From an uncultured Gemmatimonadales bacterium (GTDB lineage Bacteria > Gemmatimonadota > Gemmatimonadetes > Longimicrobiales > Longimicrobiaceae): 64,000 nt of DNA. Shown piece by piece: positions 58,237-64,000 of the stretch. Each line of letters opens with the position of its first letter. Within the stretch, counting starts at the first letter, position 1. The notes below the pieces were generated by a model. It ran no database searches and was not told where the DNA came from. It saw only the letters and a program-made list of their open reading frames with translations. Made by a program: the position numbers and the translations under genes. The stretch spans positions 1,504,001 to 1,568,000 of the forward strand of contig OY970303.1 of assembly GCA_963716255.1 (NCBI GenBank). Direction: 5' to 3'.

Positions 58237-59315
58237 GCGGCGGATCGGGGGACCGCCTCCTGCGCCTGGTTCGCGCCGGCGACTGGTGGCAGTTCCACCT
58301 GCTGCCGCTGCTCTCTGCGGCCTACGCGGCCATCGCCCTGTTCGCGGTCCCCCCGGCGCTCGCGCTGCCGGCGCTGGCGCGCCTGCTCGTTTCCATCGTC
58401 TTCGTCGCGGCGTACTCGCACGTCGTCAACGACAGCGCGGACGCGGAGCAGGATGCCCGCGCGGGCAAGACCAACCGGGTGCAGGCGCTGTCCCCGGGCC
58501 GGCGCGCGCTCCTGGCGCTCGCCGCGCTGGGGTGCGGCTTCGCGGTGTGGGCGGGGGCGGGGCTCTCCGCCCGGACCGTCGCGCTGCTGGTGGGGATCGC
58601 GGCGCTGCAGCCGGCGTACGCGATGCGCCCGCTGCGCCTCAAGGAGCGCGGGGCCTGGGGGCTGCTGGCGGACTCGCTGCACACGCACGCGCTCCCCACG
58701 CTGTACTGCTTCTCGCTCTTCGCGGACCTGGCGGGCGCGCCGCTCTGGCGGCCCCTGCCGCTGGCGGCGGCGGCGTGGTCGCTCCTGGTGGGGCTGCGCG
58801 GCATCCTGTACCACCAGCGCACGGACGAGGCGAACGACCGGCGCGCCGGGGTGGCGACGTGGGTCACCACGCACGGCTCGGAGCGCGCGGCGGCCCTGGT
58901 GCGGCGCTTCGTGTTTCCCGCGGAGCTGGCGGCGCTCGCCGCGGTGGGGGCGGCGCTCCTCCCCGTGGCCCCGGCGGTGGTGGCGTGCCTGGCCGCGTAC
59001 GGCCTGCTGGCGCAGCTCCCGCGCTGGGCGGGGGCCCAGCCGCACTCCTTCGCGGACCCCGCGCCGGCCGAGAAGGGGAGCTACGTCCCCCTGCTGGCCT
59101 TTTACCGCACCTGGCCCTCGCTGGCCTTCGCCGTCCTCCTGGCTGCGCAGCACCGTGCCTTCGTCGCCGTGCTGGTGCTCCACGCCGTCGTCTTCGCCGG
59201 GCCCATCCTGGGCCAGGCCGCGGACCTGTGGCGCCTGCTCGCCTGGCTGGCCCGCGCCCCGGCACACGTCGTCCGCCGGCTGGGAGGCTCCCCGCGCAGC
59301 CCGCGCACGCTCTGA
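58233..59315 (+). CDS. UbiA-family prenyltransferase
   Basis: Asp-rich motif NDSADAEQD..AGK.N, PLRLKERG, HQRTDEANDRRAG; multiple TM segments; GTGA overlap. Confidence 0.8.
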   Translation: MSGGSGDRLLRLVRAGDWWQFHLLPLLSAAYAAIALFAVPPALALPALARLLVSIVFVAAYSHVVNDSADAEQDARAGKTNRVQALSPGRRALLALAALGCGFAVWAGAGLSARTVALLVGIAALQPAYAMRPLRLKERGAWGLLADSLHTHALPTLYCFSLFADLAGAPLWRPLPLAAAAWSLLVGLRGILYHQRTDEANDRRAGVATWVTTHGSERAAALVRRFVFPAELAALAAVGAALLPVAPAVVACLAAYGLLAQLPRWAGAQPHSFADPAPAEKGSYVPLLAFYRTWPSLAFAVLLAAQHRAFVAVLVLHAVVFAGPILGQAADLWRLLAWLARAPAHVVRRLGGSPRSPRTL

Positions 59316-59335
59316 CCGGTGAAAAGTCGCGGTTC

Positions 59336-59463
59336 GGGCGTGCCCCCGGCTGCGCCGGGGTCGGGCTGCGGCTCCGTAACGCACGATAAAACTGTGCGTA
59401 ACGGAGGCGAGCCCGCGCAAACAGCCGCGCGGTCTCGCCGCTTCGCGCTCGCATCCCTCACGC
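59336..59463 (+). repeat. Structured intergenic element, subtype A (divergent)
   Basis: Same termini, with several compensatory changes. Confidence 0.9.
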
Positions 59464-59493
59464 GGGCGCGGCACTGGCGTCCGCGAGGGTGGG

Positions 59494-59550
59494 CCCCCTC
59501 ACCCCCCGGCCCCCTCTCCCCCGCGAGCGGGGGAAAGGGGGAGAACGGCA
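59494..59550. repeat. CCCTCACCCCC..CCCTCTCCC REP-like hairpin
   Basis: Reverse-complement homolog of 18764-18814. Confidence 0.72.
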
Positions 59551-59610
59551 CGGCCATCTCGGCTTCATCGCCTTGCTGACGCCCCAGGGAGCCTGGCAGG
59601 AGACGACATG

Positions 59611-59647
59611 AAGCCGGACCGGGCTGGGTGCCTGGTCCGGCTTTTTT
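59611..59647 (+). terminator. Rho-independent terminator
   Basis: AAGCCGGACCGGGC/GCCTGGTCCGGCTT followed by TTTT. Confidence 0.7.
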
Positions 59648-59762
59648 GCGTGCCGCAGCGGCGGGGAACGACGGTGCGCTCCGGCGGGCTCCGGTGTTCG
59701 GGGTCGGCCGGGGGAGGGGGCCGGGGGGGAGGGGGCATCCCGCGGACGCCAGCGCGATGCCC

Positions 59763-59891
59763 GCGTGAGGGATTCCGGCCCGAAGGGGCGAGACCCGCGG
59801 GCAGTTTCGCGGGGCTCGACTCCGTTACGCACGGTCGTTTCGTGCGTTACGGAGCCGAAGCCCGACCCCGGCGCCAGCCGGGGGCACGCCC
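59763..59891 (-). repeat. Structured intergenic element, subtype A
   Basis: GCGTGAGGGAT...CACGCCC. Confidence 0.92.
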
Positions 59892-59902
59892 GAACCAGCA
59901 GT

Positions 59903-60838
59903 TCAAGCCGTAGTCCCTTCCCCTTCCCACAGGTACTCCGCCGCGTACGCCGCGTACAGCGGGTCGCCACGGAGCCGCTCCGCCCTCCCCACGCAGTGGC
60001 GCAGGAACTCCTCCGGGAAGTCCGCGTCGGTGACGGCACGGCCGGGCCTCGCCCGCGCCAGCACCCGCACCAGCGGCCGCAGCCGGTTCTCGAACGTCCC
60101 CCGCACGTACCACCGGTACACCCGCGCCGAGCGCCGCCCCCCCAGCCGCGACGCCGCGGCGGACACGGCGCGCGAGATCACCGGGTACCAGTACAGCTCC
60201 TCGGGCGAGAGCGACGCGTTCACCCGGCCGACGCGCACCTCGCGGTGCGGGAGCCCCAGCCGCTCCTCCAGCACCCGGAGGAAGCGCGGCTGGTCGTCGC
60301 GCAGGAGCTCGTACGGCAGCACGATCACGTTGTCGGCGCCGAAGGCCGCGGCGTAGAGCCCCACCAGGTAGTCGTAGTCGTAGTAGTGGCCGGTGTCGTC
60401 GGCGAGCCGGTCGGCCAGGTCGCGGATCATCCCGTCCAGGTGCTGGGTGCCGCCCGAGCGGACGTACTGGGAGTACCCGGACAGGACGATGTCGCGGAAG
60501 CCGCGCGTGACGACGAGGATGCGACTGCCGGGGAAGAGCGTCTTCAGCAGGGCGCAGACGTCGGCCTGGGCGTCCTTGATGCGCTCCGGGAGCCCCCCCC
60601 GCTCGCCACCCCCCTCCAGCTGGAGCCCGCCGGTGCTCCGGTGCGGGGTGGAAAGCCCCTCGGAACTGGTGACGTAGTAGCGGTACGAGGGGTCGGGCAT
60701 CCGGCACATGGCGTACACGTCGGGGAAGCCGCCCACGCCGCCGGGCGCGTAGCACAAGTCCGGGTGCTGCTCGAACCACGCCTGGAGGAAGGTGGAGCCG
60801 GACTTGGGGTAGCCGACGTGGATCAGGTGCTGGGCCAT
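59903..60838 (-). CDS. PAPS-dependent sulfotransferase-like protein
   Basis: 5'-PSB loop IHVGYPKSGSTFLQ, SSE, 3'-PB-like VTR....VLSGY, LPYELL. Confidence 0.78.
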   Translation of the reverse strand: MAQHLIHVGYPKSGSTFLQAWFEQHPDLCYAPGGVGGFPDVYAMCRMPDPSYRYYVTSSEGLSTPHRSTGGLQLEGGGERGGLPERIKDAQADVCALLKTLFPGSRILVVTRGFRDIVLSGYSQYVRSGGTQHLDGMIRDLADRLADDTGHYYDYDYLVGLYAAAFGADNVIVLPYELLRDDQPRFLRVLEERLGLPHREVRVGRVNASLSPEELYWYPVISRAVSAAASRLGGRRSARVYRWYVRGTFENRLRPLVRVLARARPGRAVTDADFPEEFLRHCVGRAERLRGDPLYAAYAAEYLWEGEGTTA

Positions 60839-61890
60839 GGCGACGGGCTCGCGGGGCGGCGGCAGAGGGCTTCCAGGCAGAAGCCGGTGGTCAGCTCCTC
60901 GGAGCCCCAGCCGAAGTACTTTTCGGGGCCGCCGAAGTAGAGGGAGGTGGCCCGCCAGTCGCCCCCGGGGCGCTGCGCGGCGAGCAGGTAGCGGACGGCG
61001 CGCTCCAGCTCGGGCGGCGCGGCGCGCCAGGAAAGCAGGGCGCACACGGCGAGCGCGGTGTCCAGCTCGCTGGCCCCGATGGAGCCGTCGGGGTGGGCGG
61101 CGGCGGCGATGCGGGCGACGGCCTCGTCGCGGATGGCGCCCAGCGCGGCGGCGCCGGCGCCGAAGCAGCGCGCGACGACGTACTGGAACATGAAGCGGTT
61201 GAGGTGCCACTTGTCGCAGCACCCCTCCCTCCCGCTCCGGAACACGCCCACCAGGTAGTCGGCCACCGCGGCGGTGTCCGGGCCCTCCCCCAGGTAGAAC
61301 AGGACGTTGGCGTTGACGACGCAGTCCACGTCGCCCGGCGCCGATTCGTTCATCTTCCAGAAGTAGTACGCCTTCACCGGGTTGGCCCAGTGGCGCAGCG
61401 CCACGCGCCAGTAGGCGGCGCTGCGCGGCGCGGGCCAGCGCGGCGCCAGCCAGGTGTAGAACAGCCCCTGCGGGCCGCGGGCGGCGAGGACGAGGTCGCG
61501 GTTGGGCGGGAAGGCGGCGCCCTCCCGGCGCAGGACGTACGAGACGCACGCCACGTCGTCCAGGTCGGCGGGGATGGTGGCGCGGTACCGGTGGCCGCGG
61601 GTCCAGTACCGCCACACCCCGGGCGGCTCCATCTCCGCCAGGAAGAAGCGCACCGCCCGGTCCAGCATCTCCCGGGCGCGGGGCGAGCCGGAGAAGCCCA
61701 GCGAGTACGCGATCAGCGCGGTGGGAAAGGGGGAGCTGTCGAAGACGCGGTCGCGCTCCAGCTCGTGGTCGGTGGACAGGTACGACCTGAACTCGCCGGA
61801 GGGGAGCTGGCTCCGGTGCAGGAAGCCGACGGCGCGCTCGATCGCCGCCTCCACCCCGCCGGCCGTCACCGGCTCACTCCCATTGGACAT
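60823..61890 (-). CDS. Prenyltransferase/squalene-cyclase-repeat protein; candidate single-domain class II terpene cyclase
   Basis: QW-like repeats (AVGFLHRSQLPSGEF, AVRYLLAAQRPGGDW) and a DxDD motif in PADLDDVA. Confidence 0.62.
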   Translation of the reverse strand: MSNGSEPVTAGGVEAAIERAVGFLHRSQLPSGEFRSYLSTDHELERDRVFDSSPFPTALIAYSLGFSGSPRAREMLDRAVRFFLAEMEPPGVWRYWTRGHRYRATIPADLDDVACVSYVLRREGAAFPPNRDLVLAARGPQGLFYTWLAPRWPAPRSAAYWRVALRHWANPVKAYYFWKMNESAPGDVDCVVNANVLFYLGEGPDTAAVADYLVGVFRSGREGCCDKWHLNRFMFQYVVARCFGAGAAALGAIRDEAVARIAAAAHPDGSIGASELDTALAVCALLSWRAAPPELERAVRYLLAAQRPGGDWRATSLYFGGPEKYFGWGSEELTTGFCLEALCRRPASPSPWPST

Positions 61891-63109
61891 CGATCGTCAT
61901 CAGCTGGTGCATGGACATGGCCGTGTTGCTCTCGCGCGACGGCTCGGTGCGGACGTGGAAGGGGTGCGGGGGCCCGGTCCAGCCGTAGGTGGCGAGCGGG
62001 TAGTGGGTGGCCGCGTCGCTGACGATGGCGCGCACCATGTACTGCCCGGCGACCAGGGGGAGGCGCGGGACCACGCACCGCACCTCGCCCGTCCCCGGGA
62101 CCAGGGTGCGCGGCCGGGAATCGCGGGCCCCGGTCACGCACACCCACTGGTCGCCCGTCCAGATGGTGAACGCCCACTCCACCTCGGCGCGCTCCCGGGC
62201 TTCGTACGCCACGGACAGGCACAGGTCGGCGCCGGTGCGGATCTCGCCGCCGTCCGCGGAGCGCGCGGAGATCCCCCGGATGAGCACGGGAGCGTCGTCG
62301 GGCGGCGGGGCGGCGCCGCCCCCGGACGCCGCGGCGGCGCGCTGCTGGGCCTCCAGGTAGCACGCCAGCGTTTCCACGGCGGTGCCCGCGTGGGTGAGCC
62401 GCCCGGCCTCCAGGAGGATGCCGCTGCGGCAGATGGCCTGGATCTGGTGGGGGCTGTGGGAAACGAACACGAGCGAGCCCCCGGCGTCCAGGTACTTCTG
62501 CATGTGGGTGATGCACTTGCGCTGGTAGGTGATGTCGCCCACCGCGAGCACTTCGTCCACCAGGAGCACGTCGGGCTGGAGGTGCGCCGCCACGGCGTAC
62601 GAGAGGCGCGCCTGCATCCCGGAGCTGTAGTAGCGCAGCGGCACGTCCATCACCTCGCCCAGCCCGGCGAAGTCGGTGATCTCGTCCATCAGCCGGGCCG
62701 TGTCGCGGCGGGTGAAGCCGTGCAGCGCCGCGTTGACGTACACGTTCTCGCGCCCGGAGAGCGCCGGGTCGAAGCCGGTCCCCAGCTCGATCATCGCCCC
62801 CACGCGCCCCCGCAGGCGGACCTCTCCCCCGTCCGGCTTCACCAGCCCGTACATCACCTTGAGCAGCGTGCTCTTCCCGGCGCCGTTGGCCCCGACGACG
62901 GCCAGCGACTCGCCCGGCGCCACCCGGAACGACACGTCGCGAAGCGCCCAGAACTCGCCGCGCCGCAGCTCCGGCGGCGGAGCCCCGGCGCCGGGCCGCA
63001 GGACCTCGCGCGCGATGTCGCGGAGCCCGTACCACTGGGCCCGCCGCAGCTCGCGGCACAGCTTCTTGGAAAGGCCGGCGACGGCGACCGACGGTCCCGC
63101 TCCGCTCAC
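61874..63109 (-). CDS. wzt: Polysaccharide/glycoconjugate ABC exporter ATPase with C-terminal Wzt_C domain
   Basis: FWALRDVSF, GANGAGKST, YSSGM, VDEVLAVGD, VSH; C-terminal beta-rich domain. Confidence 0.87.
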   Translation of the reverse strand: MSGAGPSVAVAGLSKKLCRELRRAQWYGLRDIAREVLRPGAGAPPPELRRGEFWALRDVSFRVAPGESLAVVGANGAGKSTLLKVMYGLVKPDGGEVRLRGRVGAMIELGTGFDPALSGRENVYVNAALHGFTRRDTARLMDEITDFAGLGEVMDVPLRYYSSGMQARLSYAVAAHLQPDVLLVDEVLAVGDITYQRKCITHMQKYLDAGGSLVFVSHSPHQIQAICRSGILLEAGRLTHAGTAVETLACYLEAQQRAAAASGGGAAPPPDDAPVLIRGISARSADGGEIRTGADLCLSVAYEARERAEVEWAFTIWTGDQWVCVTGARDSRPRTLVPGTGEVRCVVPRLPLVAGQYMVRAIVSDAATHYPLATYGWTGPPHPFHVRTEPSRESNTAMSMHQLMTIDVQWE

Positions 63110-64000
63110 CGCGCGGCCCCTTCGCCGGGCGCGACCCACAGCTCGCCGAGGGCGCGGTAGTTGGGCGAGGGGGCGTAGGCGAGCGCCGACAGCGGGCGCG
63201 CCTCGCGGAAGCGCGGCCACGCCGCGAGCAGCGCCTCCAGCGCCACGCGCACCTGCAGGCGCGCCAGCCGCGACCCGGGGCACACGTGGGGCCCGGAGCC
63301 GAAGGCGAGGTGCGGGTTGGGGGAGCGGTCCAGCCGCAGCCGGTCGGGATCCGGGAAGCGGGCGGGGTCGCGGTTGGCCGCCGCGACGACCAGCCGCACC
63401 TCGGCGCCGGGGGGAATGGCGACGCCGGCCAGCTCGGCGCCCGGCCCGGCGAGGCGCCAGAGCAGCATCTCGGGGGGGTCCAGGCGGGCGGCCTCCTCCA
63501 CCAGCGCGGGGACCAGGGCGGGGTCCGCCTGGACGCGGGCGCGGAGCCCGGGGTCGCGGAGCAGGTGGAGCACGGCGGCGGCGACCAGGCGGGTGGTGGT
63601 GGTGGTCCCCGCGATCCAGAAGAGCTTGAGCAGCCCCGCCGCCTCCTCCGGCGTGTGCGCGGCGCCGTCCTGCGCGCGGAAGAGCCGCCCGGCCATGGAA
63701 CCGGACGGGGGCCCGGCGGCCGCCGCGGCGACCTGCTCGCGCGTCCACTCGTGAAGCTCCAGGAAGCTCGCTTCCTGCTCCTCGTCGCCGAAGCGCCGGA
63801 GCCGCGCCCGCAGCGACTCGCACTCGTCGCGCGTGAGCCCCAGGAAGCTCCCCACCACCCGCTCCACCAGCGGGGTGGCGTACTCGCTCACGATCTCCAC
63901 CTCCGCCTTCCCCGTGCTTTCCACCAGCAGCTCCGCGGCGATGGCGCGGGCGGGGGCCTCCAGCGCCTCGGCCGCGGCGGCCGTGAAGTACGGGGCCACG
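63106..64000 (-). CDS. Cytochrome P450 (5'-truncated by window edge)
   Basis: ExxR (EEAARLDPP), AANRDP..F.DP, heme motif FGSGPHVCPG. Confidence 0.93.
   Translation of the reverse strand, partial: VAPYFTAAAAEALEAPARAIAAELLVESTGKAEVEIVSEYATPLVERVVGSFLGLTRDECESLRARLRRFGDEEQEASFLELHEWTREQVAAAAAGPPSGSMAGRLFRAQDGAAHTPEEAAGLLKLFWIAGTTTTTRLVAAAVLHLLRDPGLRARVQADPALVPALVEEAARLDPPEMLLWRLAGPGAELAGVAIPPGAEVRLVVAAANRDPARFPDPDRLRLDRSPNPHLAFGSGPHVCPGSRLARLQVRVALEALLAAWPRFREARPLSALAYAPSPNYRALGELWVAPGEGAAR

Noticed and set aside
12436..59891. The ~130-nt repeats as a CRISPR array or integron attC sites
   Set aside because: They are dispersed in both orientations and flank housekeeping genes. There is no repeat-spacer periodicity, no cas or integrase gene, and no clear RYYYAAC/GTTRRRY ends.
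12436..59891. The repeats as tRNA, hammerhead ribozyme or group II intron domain V
   Set aside because: No T-loop/anticodon/CCA layout, no CUGANGA plus GAAA core and no domain V/VI arrangement. Other ribozyme classes cannot be excluded without a covariance search.

Overview
Very GC-rich bacterial DNA. Gene content and NRPS style suggest Gemmatimonadota (Longimicrobium-like), which is an inference and was not searched. From left to right: (1) gcvH, a metallo-beta-lactamase-fold hydrolase, a lipoate ligase and a peptide ABC transporter with two binding proteins. (2) Secreted peptidases (two S8, S9, M13, a beta-lactamase-family hydrolase) with an FAD amine oxidase, MFS transporter, TonB-C protein and O-methyltransferase. 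(3) A biosynthetic locus: a flavin halogenase, a ~4,740-aa NRPS-PKS (C-A-T-C-A-T-KS-AT-KR*-T-C-A-T, no TE), a carbamoyltransferase/kinase/PLP synthase/ATP-grasp/lyase operon typical of 2,3-diamino acid supply, cysD/cysNC and a sulfite oxidase. (4) A GT4-GT2-UbiA operon converging on a P450-Wzt-DxDD cyclase-like-sulfotransferase operon. The most striking non-coding feature is a ~130-nt intergenic element present 14 times. It has extensive compensatory base changes, conserved loops and a strong bias to sit just after stop codons, and its core resembles the Flavo-1 RNA motif. The halogenase and NRPS also share a near-identical promoter motif. No rRNA, tRNA, CRISPR array, transposase or integrase was recognised.
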